Positions 49,973-63,140 of a stretch of 64,000 nt of DNA are shown one piece after another. The notes under the pieces were generated by a model, which searched no databases, was not told the origin of the DNA, and saw only the letters and a program-made list of their open reading frames with translations. Numbering within the stretch: the first letter of the stretch is position 1; each line of letters opens with the position of its first letter. The translations under genes were made by a program, and so were the position numbers. The DNA comes from Phoronis australis (Eukaryota; Animalia; Phoronida), in NCBI GenBank assembly GCA_002633005.1, contig NMRA01000063.1, positions 186,001-250,000 of the forward strand, given 5' to 3'.

Positions 49973-52828
49973 CAGTGGCGGATCTACGTTTTCAGTAAGG
50001 AGGGGGTTTGGGATTCCCGCAAAGGTCGAATCTTAGGCGCCGAGCGGGGGGAGGTCGGGAGGGTTTCCCCCTCCTGTGTAAGACATTTTTTTTTTTTTTT
50101 TTTTTTTTTTGTAGCCAAATAGTGAAATTTCCATGCATTCTGGTAAGTTTCTGGCACTTAACATGTCTCTGGAGTTTTTCTTAAGTTAATTTAAAACCCT
50201 TCTCGATTTCGTCACATGAACTTGGCTCAGTTGGCTCATAAGTTTCGTGAAACCACATTTTGCACATCTGGGTATGAGTCACCCCACCAGCAAAAATTTT
50301 TGCTGGAACCTCTGCTTACACACACCTTTTTTAGCATACGAAAAGTCATATACGAAAAAGTGTCACGGTGTGTATACAGGGGTTGAGACAACTTCCAAAT
50401 ATTCAAGAGCATAAGGAGGACCGACGGGGCGTAAAAACTTGAATATCAGATGATAGCGTAAAAGCAGCCTCAAGTTGTTTTAGAACGAAGACCTGTACTG
50501 TTAGTCCGGAAATAAACGTGTTCTGTCTCGTTACGAAAAAAAAACTGGCGAACGATGGTGCTCTCATCTCATAGTCTATTATTAAAAGCGACAATAAATA
50601 AATAAGTATCACTTTATTAAGCTGAATCACGTTGACAATTGAAAAACGTCAAATGTATTAGGAAACAAATCATCTGAAAACAGGTTCACGAAACCAAAAC
50701 ATCCTATGCACAGTGGTGAAAAGATATCCTCGACCAGTTTGCAGAAGGACCAGATTTACACTGAGAGTATACAAAAAGGCTGACCTGGTCCGTCACGAGA
50801 CCAAAAGTACACCTGTGCTTATTAACCCTACAAAAATAGTCGATCTGTCGCCGGACCAAACAGTACTGGCTGAGATGAATAATTTTACAAAGCACACTTT
50901 GATAAAAAATGGGCTTTCTAAGGAGCCCTACTGCCGACCTCAACACCTACCGTATTTCTACCTGCAATAAGTACCACTGAGGTTTTCTATACTGGGAATT
51001 TCCGCAGAAAGGCCCACCCGACGAAACGCCCATGCCCATAGGCATATATTTGATGTTAGTACTTCGGGTTTCAAGCGTTCACACATTGGGACGTTTATTT
51101 CGAAAATTGCAAGAGATGCAAATGGGTCCTGGGATACATCGTCAAGGTTCGAAGATAGCCCATGATAAACGGAACAAATTTAATTGCGCATGCTGTAAGT
51201 CTTTTGAATGGACTTGGTAACCTCAGGGGCTTTGTGGCAACTGAGCTGCGAAACGAGATGCTGCATTGTAGAGGTGGACAAGCTCATTGACACAACAGCT
51301 GACGAAGTGCAAGCGTTGGGAACAAACGTCGAAGATGTCTGGGTAGAATGGTTCTAAGACAAGCAAATCATTGGATCCGATATACAGATTCCTCGGCAGT
51401 CTAGGCAGCAGGAAGATAGGACCAACGTTCCTGGAGAAACACCCAGGTAATAAGTTATAATTATTCACAGTTTGTAATAATGTCGGTTTTTTATGCTTGT
51501 GTACAATGAAAACGAAATAGAAATTATTTTTAGACATGCCAAATTTACCCAGCACACCAGAGGGTCTATGAGCGCACAGAAACTGATTCTGGTTTGTATT
51601 TCCACATGAGTCTATCTGCTTCATATCCAAAATCTTATTTCACGTAGTGCGTAGTTAAATCTGTACCCAATACTTGTTTCTTCCAGTGAGCACTACAGAA
51701 CGGTGCGAAAACCCTTCCTTGACAACCTCTCGCAGCAGTTGACCACCAGATGTGTAAACCACTGGGGATTAAAACGTGTCTAGAGACAAGTTTCAATTCA
51801 AATTTTTTTGCAAAGTACGCTTTAGGTCTCACGACGGACCAGGCCAGCTTGATTTGTGTAGATATCGAGTTTCAGTGTACTTCTGGTCCCTCGGCGAACT
51901 AGTCTTGTGATGTTTTTTACCAAAGTGTGCTTTTTAAAACTATTTATCTGAGCCAGTACTGTTTGGTCCCGCGACAGATCGACTATTTTTATAGGGATAA
52001 TAAGCACAGGTGTACTTTTGGTCTCTTGACGGACCAGGCCAGAGTTTTCGTGTACTCTCAGTGTACATCTGGTCCCTCTACGAACTGCTCCTGTATATCT
52101 TTTCACCACGGTGTAGGCCTACAGAGTGTTTTGGTTTCGTGAAACTGTTTTCAGATGATTTGTTTCCTGATACATTTGACGTTTTTCAATTGTTGTCAAC
52201 GTGATTCAGCTTAATAAAGTGATACTTAATTGTTTTTGTCGCTTTTAATAATAAACTATGAGCTGAGAGCACCATCGTTCGCCAGTTTTTCTCGTAACGA
52301 GACAGAACACGTTTATTTCCGGACTAACAGTACAGGTCTTCGTTCTTAAACAGCTTGAGGCTGTTGCGATCATCTGATATTCAAGTTTTTACGCCCCGTC
52401 GGTGCTCCATATGCTCTTGAATATTTGCTAGTTGTCTAAACCCCTGTATACACATCACACTTTTTCGTATGCTAAAAAGGTGCGTGTAAGCAGATGTTCC
52501 AACAAAAAATTTTGCTGGTGGTGTGACTCATACCAAGATGTGCACAAATATGGTTTCACGAAACTTATGAGCCAAGTTCATGTGACGAAATCGAGAAGGG
52601 CTTTTAATTATCTTAAGAAAAATTCCAGGTACATGTTAAGTGCCAGAAACGTACCAGGATGCATGGAAATTTCACTGTTTGGCTACAAAAATAAAAAAGT
52701 TATCTTACACGGGAATGGGGGTTTACTCCCCTCCCGACCTCCCCTCCCCGCTCGGCGCCACGCGCCTCGGATTCGACCTTTGCGGGAATCGTAAACCCCC
52801 CCTTACTGAAAACGTAGATCCGCCACTG
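49973..52828. mobile_element. Foldback-like structure with inverted arms of about 0.9 kb and CAGTGGCGGATCTACG termini
   Basis: 49973-50905 is the reverse complement of about 51913-52828. No clean TSD. Confidence 0.8.
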
Positions 52829-54820
52829 CGGATCCAATGGTTTGCTCGTCTTGGATCCATTCTACCCAGATATCTTCGACGTTTGTTCCCAACGCTTGCA
52901 CTTCGTCAACTGCTGTATCAATGAGCTTGTAAGCCACTACAATGCCAGCATCTCGTTTCGAGGCTCAGTTGGCACTAAGACCCTTGAGGTTGCCAAGTCC
53001 ATTCAAAAGACTTACATGCGCAACTAAATTTGATCCGTTCATCATGGACTACTTCAAACCTTGATGATGTATCCCAGGACCTATTTGCATCTCTTGCAAT
53101 TTTCGAAATAAACGTCCCAATGTCAGAGCGCTTCAAACCTGAAGTACTAACATCAAATAAATGCCCATGGGCATGAGCATTTCATCGGGTGGGCCTTTCT
53201 GCGGAAATTCCCAGTATAGAAGACGGCAGTGTGCTTACTGCAGGTAGAAAGACAGTAGCTGTTGAGGTCGGAACTACAGCTCCTTAGGAGGCCCATTGAA
53301 CATTGCACGAGTCCCGCAAGACTTTGTTGTGAAAAAACAGCCTCACTGTAATTTCTGGTACTGTACACTGTTCGCGAATGTCAATGTGAGTGCCCCCTTG
53401 GTCATTCCGTGTATAGCCATAACTTGTTAGAGTGTATCTTCAAACGGACTCGTGACCAGACCACGGCGCCCGCCACAGTAGTATTTCTTCGGAAAAAGAA
53501 TTTTTCGCAAAAATATTACGTGTACATGTACACTGCATGATATTGCGCAAGACTTTACTATACATCAGTCAAATTTGAGTTGCAAACGTGTGGCGTGTAA
53601 TAGAATGACACGGCATGACAGACTGAGGTAAAAACGTTGCCGTCAATTCGCCTGAATATCAGGGTTGCGGCACCACAGTATTTCCCCTAGTAATCACATC
53701 AAAACATATCTTAGAGTAAATAAGCTAGATACCTAAAGAAATCATCTATTGAACTGCTCTTTCAGCGGTGGATCCATCTAAAATGCTTGGCTACTTCAGA
53801 AGTGTCGACGGAAGCGCGCGCACAACTGATCTCCGCGCGTGTTATCGATGAGCCACGAAGACTCAGCAATTCCCAATGCAAAAAATTATATTTTTAGAGT
53901 GAACCTCCCCCTCAATTTAGTTTACTTGGGGTTTATACACGCTGGTGGTGCCGTTTTTGTTTTGTTGGAGACGTTTTTTTTTGTGTCCTTACCCAAGGGG
54001 GGTTTAAATCCCCTGAACCCCACCGTAGATCCGTCACCAAAATCCTATTGTAGAACGATACATCACCTCAAACGTGCGAGTCATATTTCTTCAGGCAGCC
54101 TCACGGCCAATAAAATGTAATCGACCCAATAGATCTGTCGATCGTCATACCTGCAAAATAACTCATAATTTCGCTCAAGGGATCTCACTTCTTTTGAAGA
54201 TCGTTATGAGGAAAGCATTTTTTATGAAACGTGGAGTTTTCGTGTGACACTAGCTGTCAAATGTGGGTTTTTAAGCTTGTTTGCAGGCCAAAGTTTTGAC
54301 GATTGATTTTAAGCTTCTTGGGGTACTGACAGTCGGAAAACTAGTCTTCACAAAATATACAAGTTAATTAAAGCGGCTAAATCCGTGATAGGCTACCTGA
54401 CTGAATTGCAACAGAATTCACATTAGCCGACACCTAAATTCTGAAAATCTCGTTCTTCTAAACTCTCGATACTGGTCCCATTTTCCAATTGAGTTCCCAC
54501 GGTCCTGAGGGACAAATTGAGACATAGTTTTATAACTGTAAGATGATTTTTTCTGACGGACAGAATGTGTGTTTACTTTAAAGGGACATTGTCGTCTAAA
54601 CTGTCGGTGATCATTGGTATCATTGTTAGGTGCAATAGACTTCTCCCGACACGACCAACCTGCCGTTTTTAGGCTTTGTGCGAACATTTTCCTACCAAAA
54701 TCGTGTTGGGCCACTTGCGACATCCCGACTAAATTTGCCAACTTGCAACGCAGACCTGCCTGGGCCCGGAATCTAATCTTTGTACTCGAAACGAACTAGA
54801 AATTATTTTAGCAATTTCTC

Positions 54821-55086
54821 CATGCGCGCACCCAGGGAGGGGGGTATAAAGGAGCCTCCCCCCATTTGGCAAAGTGGGCAAAAAGGTCCGCCTCAGAGAA
54901 ACAAAAAGTCCGAGAAAAGGAGACAAAAGTGCAAAGGAATTCGGCGCGACTGCACAATTCGTAGGTCTGAACCTAGTAACCCGTTTTTTGATTTTTTTTA
55001 GTCCTCTATTACTTTTTTCAGGAAAAGGTCCACATAACGCAAAATTCGAGCCCCCCTATGTTTTAGGCTGGCCGGGTGCGCGCATG
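54821..55086. mobile_element. MITE with 5-bp TSD
   Basis: CATGCGCGCACCC...GGGTGCGCGCATG flanked by TTCTC on both sides. Confidence 0.8.
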
Positions 55087-55889
55087 TTCTCTGCTACTTG
55101 TGTGCGAACTCAACTCAGTAGAGATAAGTTGTTATTAGCCTGCTCGAATAGCCTACGTTATAGTTTACGAAAATATAGGCCTACGAGTTTCTAGACCAAG
55201 TTTGCACTGGATGACCTTTATATTCGTGCTACAAACTCGAGTAAAAATAAGAAATTTCGAGTTCAAATTCGAACTTTTAGCCTTGATTGTTGGGTTTATC
55301 AACTGCAAACTACAGGGGCGGATCCAGGATTTTGAGTTGGGGGGGAGAGGGGNAGGACACAGGAATAACCAGAATTGCCGCAGAAGCGCGCGCCCAGCCT
55401 AAAATATGGGGATGCATGGTCTCCGAGTCGAATTTTGGGTTAGTTGCGGACTTGTTTATTCACCCCCGAGTCCCCCTGGTTGCGCGCATGTGCTAGTCAT
55501 AAATTCGCATCCGCCTCCCGAAGTGGATCTGATAGAATTAGGCCTATATGGGGGGCATGGCTCCCTTAACCCCCCCCCCATTGTGTACTCAAGCATACAA
55601 TAATAAACACTTATCTTAAGTTCGCACAAAAGTAGAGTATAATATATAATTGGGAGTTCCATTTCGAGTAAAAAGATTAGAAGCCGGGCCCTGAATGAAA
55701 TGTGCCGACTTTCTAAAATGACTCAGCGGTACGTGACACGTGCCACGCACGGATGGCATAGCCTGAAAAATCGTGCTGCATGAGAGACAGCATAAGGGCC
55801 TACTGTGGCAAACTCGACGGTTAGTCTGCCGTTGAAGATGATCAACTTCCAACGTTAGAAGCGCAAAGTTAACTGACTTTTGCACAGGC

Positions 55890-55980
55890 ATTTGACCTCG
55901 AACTTCAACGGCACGTTGTGGGTTCGAAGTTCACATAGATATCAGATTTCAGGCAAACAAATGCCATCTGGACTTTGGAC
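55890..55980. promoter_or_regulatory. Putative proximal promoter of the MTP-like gene with HNF4-type, nuclear-receptor and Fox motifs
   Basis: TGGACTTTGGAC at 55969-55980 (reverse complement GTCCAAAGTCCA), GCAAACA near 55953, TGACCTCGAACT near 55893, GGTTCGAAGTTCA near 55921. Motif matches only. Confidence 0.35.
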
Positions 55981-56079
55981 GCTGCATTCAACTACACGTT
56001 TTATGACACGTTGTTAACTTGCACACAACGTTGATTTCGGGCTCTGATTGTGATGCCGTGATTTCTCAACTCATCTCAT

Positions 56080-56140
56080 ATGAGAAAACCAAGTTTCAGC
56101 ATGATCCACTTTGCACTAATTTTTGGAACTGTTGTGTCTG
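56080..56140 (+). CDS. MTTP-like: MTP-like gene exon 1, signal peptide (MRKPSFSMIHFALIFGTVVS; alternative in-frame ATG at 56101)
   Basis: Hydrophobic N-terminus ending at consensus donor TG|GTAAGT, phase 1. It joins in frame to the exon at 61918, giving VVSAAS-LQY. Confidence 0.65.
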
Positions 56141-58659
56141 GTAAGTTTCGCTGCTTGTTGTACATAGGGAGTTCTTGAACTGATAGATCTTTTGTTGGTT
56201 GGTACACCGGGTTACTTTGTATGACCTATTTAACTACGCTCACACACTATTCTTTTGTGCGATCAGCTGATCGCGTGCCAACATCGATTATATGGGGCTT
56301 GGTTTGCGACTTGGGTTTCTGAGGACGGCCAGATTGCGGAGGCCTACGTTGTTTGGCAACGAGATTACCGTAATTTGTATAATATTTAGTCTAAATCTTT
56401 CATATTCAACTACAAGGGCTTTGATTTTCACTGTGCTATAGCGTACCCCGTTTTTTATTTGAACATAACCAGAGGAAAGAGAACTTTACGTTAGCTAAAT
56501 TCTCATTGACACGCCAGGGCATTTGTATTGAACTATCCAACGCAGTCGCCTCTGTATTTTGGTTCAAGATAACGTCGTATCGGATTGTATTGCCTTCGCG
56601 CACGCTTACTCACTGGGGTCGCGTCAACTAGAAACGCCAGTTAAACTGCCGGATATTTATATCACAAAATAATTATTAAAGATGTCATTTTTGATTCAGG
56701 TCAAAGTCCCTTCAGTCGTCCTGCACGAACACTGATGCACTGCCACTTGTTGCCTGCATTAAGCTGATGTGCCGGTACTAACATTTTTCTCTAGTGGGTA
56801 TCTGGCTGAGCACAGAGTTCTAATGTTGTGATCTCCTTTTCATCCCAAGCGCTACCTCATAATTTCCAACCAGCTACGGTTGTGAATGCTTTTTACTGGT
56901 TGGGAATGCAGTGCCACAGACTCTGTGCACTTTAAAAACTAAATCCGTCATTGAGAATTGAACTTTGTCATTGCTTGAACTACAAAAATTGGTTAAAACT
57001 ACTACAAAAGAAACGAGAACTAAGGATAATGTGCACCGTTGCATATGTGCTATTCCTTTGTTGCATTATGGCGTTTTTCCATTGCTCCCAACTTGTTCGA
57101 TTCTATAGCCCAACAAGAAGTTGGGAAGAACACCCCTGTAGCCAATATCTTACACAACTGATTAACTCCATTCTGGCATTTATGGTTGAAGGCCCAGCTC
57201 TCTTCATGTTTGACAGTTGCTCTAATCTACAGTAAAATCGTATGTAGCCTGACGGGGCTAATGCTGCTAAAAATAAAAGTTAAGTTATAACATTTGAATT
57301 GAACCTAAACCAATAGCATTTCTGAAATCCTCGTCAAATGGTGACCATGCATGTGGAACCTCTGGACAATGTTGGTTGCGGTAACTACATAACTGTTCTA
57401 GCTTTTCCTCAGTCATAAAAAATGAAATCACAGCTCGATCTTGCTCACCGACCAACCTCATCCACTGTTTGCACTCTCTCGTTGACTACAAAGCTAGCGA
57501 TCTTAGTTGTCTTCACAGGGGTTCCATTACAACTACAAGCTAACTATCGAAAATTGGCGCATGTTCGCGAATATCAGTTTTCCAGTTAGTGTACTACTCC
57601 TGGAGTAAAGTAGTTCGGCATGCACTGGGCCATAAGCGATGTTTTAAAAATTATTGATATCTAATTTAGTCACTGTGTGTTGTTCATAGATGTTTCAATG
57701 TAGCTTAGTTGTTTAAAAGAATAATCCACGTGATATTGTTAACTCTGATCTATGTTTGTAAATCACCTAGTATCTCAATACGCACAATCGTTTATCTTCA
57801 ATCGAACCCAATGTTTGTAGTTTTTAGCTTAATAGTTTATCAATTTTTAAAAATCCAAAACCAAACTTGGTTGTTTTTCCATCTGAATACAGCTGTGGTA
57901 TTTGTTTTTAACGAAAACTTGGTTAATGCAATCGCCAGTATGCACAGGCAGAGGTGTTTACTACAGTTTATGGTCAGGTAATTACACTTAATTGGGTCTT
58001 GCTCGCACCGGACAATGCAGTCATTGTAACTGAGTCTGACTCAGGCGCTGCGCTCTCTTTGATCCCGGTAAAAGCCGCTCCGAAGGACGAGCAGTGAAAA
58101 GTCACGCATATCTTTAAAAATGCGTGACTTTCATGTAAGCGTATTATTCACAGCATGACTCTGTTTAGTTTTTGAATTGCCAAAATCGCCCAACAACTGA
58201 AGTACGACAATCTATTCTCCGAATGTACCCGCTCGCTCTGGGTTTGACTGTGTTCACACCTGGTCTGTAATAAGCCTGGTAGATAATTGGCCTGCCTGTT
58301 GTCATACCAGTCACTGAACGGAAAAACGCCGTAGTCAGTCCCCACCTCATCTATTGCATATAAACCTGCCAGAGCAACACAATGGGGATATTGAATTCCT
58401 ATACACATCCTCAAAAATTCGAGCCGTCCCCCCATTTTTCAGGCTGGGTACGCACCGAGCCATCATCAGTGCAGAATGCTGTATCATTATGAATATTTTT
58501 TAGTGGTTTCTGCTGTGTATCTGGAGATTATAGAGTTCTAATTCTTGATCAACAGTATTTCATACTGTTTCGTGTGTCTCAAATAAATGATTGTTTTTCT
58601 GCACAGTAATAAAACTAGTGCCATCCAGAAATGTAAATGGCTTAGGTCTATTGCGGCTC

Positions 58660-58822
58660 ATGATTGGTAATAGAATGGCATCAAGTATCCATTAGGGTGG
58701 TCTCCCATTCAGTGATTGGTAATAGAATGACTTCAAGTATCCATTAGGGTATTCTCCCATTCATTCAGTGATTGGTAATAGAATGACATCAAGTATCCAT
58801 TTGGGTGTTCTCCCATTCAGTG
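58660..58822. repeat. About 52-bp tandem repeat, 3 copies
   Basis: Unit TGATTGGTAATAGAATGACATCAAGTATCCATTAGGGT..TCTCCCATTCAG. Confidence 0.9.
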
Positions 58823-59190
58823 GCTTTACCAGACATAGAGCTCCTTTGTTAACTTCCAAGCGCAGTCTTTTGTCTGGTATGACAGCATGCAGGCCATTTA
58901 GCTACCAGGCTTATTACTGACCATGTGTGAACATATAAGTCAAACCCAGTGCGGTAAATTCGGACTGAATAGATCGTCTTAACTTCGGTTGTAGTTGGGC
59001 AATTTTGGTGATTTATAAACTTAGCATGATCAGCATTTGACGAGGAATTCAGAAATATTATTGGGTTCCTGTTCAAGCATTTTATAACTTATTTTTAACA
59101 GCACAGCCAGTCAGGCTAGATACGAGGTTAAAGCAATTATCGATCAAAAAAGAGCTTACCCTCCAACCTTAAATGCTAGAATGGACTTAA

Positions 59191-60855
59191 ATGAGCATGC
59201 CACCCAAAAAACAACCTAATTTGTATCAATTTAGATCGAGTAGTTCTACTCCATAATGACACGTACGGTTTCGTTACCTGACGGCAGACGGAGGTGTTGA
59301 AATTATCCAATGACGTCATCGGTTTCACACGCTGTCTGTTCAGCAGTTCACAACATGGGTTACTGGTGTCAGCTTATCGCTTGAAGTCATCGTTTAACAC
59401 CAATAAATCATCAAACTTCGATGTAAAACCCTTAAAAATACACCGATTTCTTATAAAAACGTGTTGTTTTATTTCGATCTTACGGATTTATTGGTATTTG
59501 GACACACCGTAGCCTACAAAGTTCGGCAGGCCAATAAGGTCCGTAGCAGGAGTTTGGGGTCTGTTCAGAGATAATTTCGAAGTATTTTCCGTGATATACG
59601 TCGGACAGGAGAACCTAGATCTGTGTTGTTTAGACTTGTGATTTTTTTGAGTTCTAAACACAAAACGCTTGTTATCCTCGCCAGTGGCTCGGAGCCCGTT
59701 CAGGCCCGTCGCGGCCGGCCGGATCTGACTCATTATCCCGGCCAGTGGCTCGGAAACTGATCAGACATCACGAATATAAACCAGCCAAAGCTCAGTGGAA
59801 ACTAAACTTCCAGTCAAGAAAATACTATACTAGTGAGCCAAAGTAATGTGCACGTGATTATGTTGGTGAATTAGCCACGAAACTGCAAATCTACTTACTC
59901 GTCGGGGGCCGCGAATTTAGGTTCCGCTTTGGCCGCAGCACCGTCAGGGCAGAAGTTGAACATTGACAAGCATTATTTGAGTAATGTAAATGTAAATAAA
60001 GATTCCCCTAACACCTGGCCGTGGAATGGAAATCGAGTTGTTTCACAACAGTTTCTGCCAGCAAACACTAACTTAGCATGAGTTCACACGGCCTCGGTGT
60101 CCCGTCAATTAGTCTTGCACCTAAAGCCGGTAACGCAGTGATTTTTTCATTGCTGGCTTCTCAAATCATTTGCACTCACAAACACTCCAAAGGCATTACA
60201 AGTTGCATCTAATGAGACAGGTTTTGTTTCAGTTTTATATAAGTATTGGTTAGGGTGAGAATAATTCATTTTGAAACAGAACGCTCAGTAATAAACGCCA
60301 ACATGGCAACTCGCAATCCCGATTTAGGACGAGCTAGAGCTCATCAGTCCCGACTTCGCAGGTGGATCGTTAAGTTTTACAGGCTGTCAATTCGAACAGG
60401 AATACAGTGATGAAGAAATACTAGAGAGGCGCCGTGAACAAACTCAGACAATGGAACGTATGGAGTTATTTGGTAAGCCGGCATTCATCAGGCACTGTCG
60501 ACGTCTGCAGGCCTCAGACACGGAGATGTTTCATGCTTGCTATTTACAGCGTTCATTTCATTCTTCATTACCATGAGCCACTTCCTAAGCATTTCGGACT
60601 CTCGAGGAAGTAAAAAAAACGATATACCCCCTTTCCTCACAGCTGCTTAGTTCGGACAAGCGGGAATGATGCACCGCAACATAGCGGCATTCACTCTGCA
60701 TATGAACCACTGACGTCGCTAGCATCGTTTCTCACCTTCCTCACAGGTTAACGCGACACCTCTTGGCAAGGTAAGGTCGACCGTATGCGAGGCGAAGTGG
60801 ATATAGACCAATTAAGATGGCAAAAAAGACTAATTAAATCAGGTGGCATTCTCCT
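59191..60855 (-). mobile_element. Non-autonomous Kolobok-like element (inverted relative to 33792-36593)
   Basis: TTAA|ATGAGCATGCCAC...GTGGCATTCTCCT|TTAA. A KolX-like remnant FTGCQFEQEYSDEEILERRR lies at about 60375-60435 on the + strand. Confidence 0.75.
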
Positions 60856-60943
60856 TTAATCAGTTGTGTCATCTGCCCAACTTGTTGTTGTGCTATACAA
60901 CCGAACAAGTTGGACTCATCGGGAGAATGCGGTAATCATTAGC

Positions 60944-61140
60944 AACAAGGGCTTACCCTCAAAACAAGTCCTGGCCCTCACAACTAGGACTGTCCCTCAC
61001 AACAAGGGCTGTCCCTCACAACAAAGGCTGTACCTCACAACAAGAGCTGTCCCTCACAACAAGGGCTGTCCCTCACAACAAGGGCTGTACCTCACAACAA
61101 GGGCTGTCCCTCACAACAAGGGCTGTACCTCACAACAAGG
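60944..61140. repeat. 19-bp minisatellite, about 10 copies
   Basis: Unit ACAACAAGGGCTGTCCCTC. Confidence 0.92.
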
Positions 61141-61429
61141 ACACGGATTGGCCCCCTCAGTAATTCTCGTTTACTTTTAATTGCATCTTGATATCTGCTG
61201 GATAAGAGCAACACATACATTTATAATCACATTGTCCCCATATACTTTCTTGGTGTTAGTTTGTACTAAATGCGCAGTGCTGACATGAAGTGATGCCTGT
61301 CATGCTAGTCCACTTGTACAACACACAGCTATGTTCCCCCATCTGTATTTCATGGAAGAATGATTTGAATTTATCTCCAAGCAGACCCAAACTCCCGCGA
61401 TCGACCATGGCAAATTGGTCTACTGGAAT

Positions 61430-61768
61430 TCTGTAGGCTACGGTACGTTCAAATACCTATAAATCGATAACAGTGAAGTAAAACAACACGTTTGTTCAAG
61501 AACTTGATGTATTTGTAAGGGGTTTACATCGAATTCTGATGATTTGTTGGTGTAAAACAATGAATTCAAGTGATAACTTGACAACAGTAAGCGTGTTGTG
61601 AACGGCTGAAGTGAACAGACTGCTTTCGAACCGATTACGTCAGTGGTTAATTTCAACACCTCCGTCTGCCTTTAGGTGTCAGGTAAAACAACTGAACTTG
61701 CTGTTATCGAGTGGAACTACTCGATCTAAATTGATACAAAATAGGTTGTTTTTGGGTGGCATTCTCCT
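61430..61768 (+). mobile_element. Terminal fragment of the same Kolobok-like family
   Basis: Matches 36277-36593 and ends GTGGCATTCTCCT|TTAA. Confidence 0.75.
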
Positions 61769-61917
61769 TTAAGGTATGTTTCACTTATTGTATGTCAGGT
61801 TAGTTGGTTTCACGTCCACCCTGTTTTATAAATTCTCTTTATGGTATGGCAGGTTTGGTTTCACATGCACCCTAATTTATCACATCACTAAAAATGTGCG
61901 GTCTTTTTTTCTTGCAG

Positions 61918-62099
61918 CTGCCAGCTTACAATATAAAGTTGGAAAAATTTACGAATATGCGTATGATACTGATGTTTCGTTAAATAACAACCACTTGGCT
62001 GGCACAAAGGTACGCAGAGACATTGGTGTACGCATGGCTACTACTGTACAGATGAGTTGTGTATGGACAAACCAGGAAGAAACTCTGGTAAAAGTACAA
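61918..62099 (+). CDS. MTTP-like: Large lipid transfer protein, most like the MTP large subunit, exon 2 (AASLQYKVGKIYEYAYDTDVSLNNNHLAGTKVRRDIGVRMATTVQMSCVWTNQEETLVKVQ); the gene runs off the window
   Basis: Polypyrimidine tract plus ttgcAG, donor CAA|GTATGT. The Y..G..Y.Y.Y.T.V.LN...(I/V)G.......V....W......L pattern matches the vitellogenin-N beta-barrel start as seen in MTP. Confidence 0.75.
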
Positions 62100-62379
62100 G
62101 TATGTGAATATTATTTGTTGTGAGTGATTTTTACTAAATGGTGCAAATCTTTAAAAAGAATCATTTGACACATGCTCTGTTCGTCAGATCTCTATACTTT
62201 GTACAAGAGCCCCTTTATAATGTTATATTGTGTACAATATTCTGCTTAGTTCTTCACTTATTTAGCACAAAGTGTGGCTGATATGTGAAATTCTTTTTTG
62301 TCAAATTTCTCCTCAAAAATAGAGACTATTAATTGTCAATTACTTGCTGGTTTGTAGTGTGTAGATGTCATAAATAGAG

Positions 62380-63140
62380 AATCCTAAACTCATCTCAGGT
62401 TTATGACACGGGCAAAACCTCTTGGAAATTTTCAAGAGATTTTGCCCATGTCATAAACCTGAGATGAGTGTAGGATTTGTTTTCTCACATGAACCGTAAA
62501 AACGATCTTTTGGCAAAAAACTCGACGTGTCTAAAACTTTTCAACCACATGACTCCAGTTTTGTAAAAACACACTTGCGTAATGTAAAGTAAACTCAGTT
62601 ACTTTTTGTTAATAGTTTTATTTTAAACTTAACAATTGTGAATTGCATTCAGCTTTCTTAACAAATATTCATGTTAGAATCTAATAAATAGTATTTGAAG
62701 TTGTAATATTAAAACTTAACAAATGTTTATAAATAACTGTCAGGAGGGCTTCCCCGCACATGAGCACTGAATTGACCTTGAGACAGCACAGCTAAACAGT
62801 CTCATCAAGATTCTTGATATGGTGTTCGTCTCCATTTGAATGAACGTGGATACGGAATTCGCCGCCGAAGATGGGTCTGTTTTAGAAGTTGTTTGCCAGT
62901 CCTTCCGACTGGGAGTACGTAGAGTTGCGACACCCGATTTATCGATTATAACCTTGTCACCTTCACGGAATTCTGCATTGTTTGGTTGGCATGCATTTGG
63001 TTGGTCTAGTGATAAAATGTAAGGCGTATGGATTTCTACTTCGCACTACTTTGTGATTCGCCCATGTAATATCAAAAAAATTACTCACTGGGTGTTATTA
63101 ACCAGTCGTGTCATAACACATTCCAGGTCATGTGAGAAAA
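62380..63140. mobile_element. Repeat with a long terminal hairpin and short inverted ends (possibly a Crypton-like non-autonomous element)
   Basis: Near-perfect hairpin with a stem of about 45 bp at 62380-62477. TTTCTCACATGA at 62481 is inverted against TCATGTGAGAAA at about 63128-63139. Confidence 0.45.

Noticed and set aside
49521-50122. ORFs with repeated FDYCCGSTTAVVRLLLW
   Set aside because: Translation of a 17-bp minisatellite.
50908-51379. Cys/His-containing coding remnant in segment B
   Set aside because: Frames are broken in both copies and no family motif is recognisable.
56700-56770. Additional MTP-like exon after the acceptor-like ttttgattcAG
   Set aside because: The phase-1 frame reaches a stop with no good donor, and exon 1 already joins exon 61918 cleanly.
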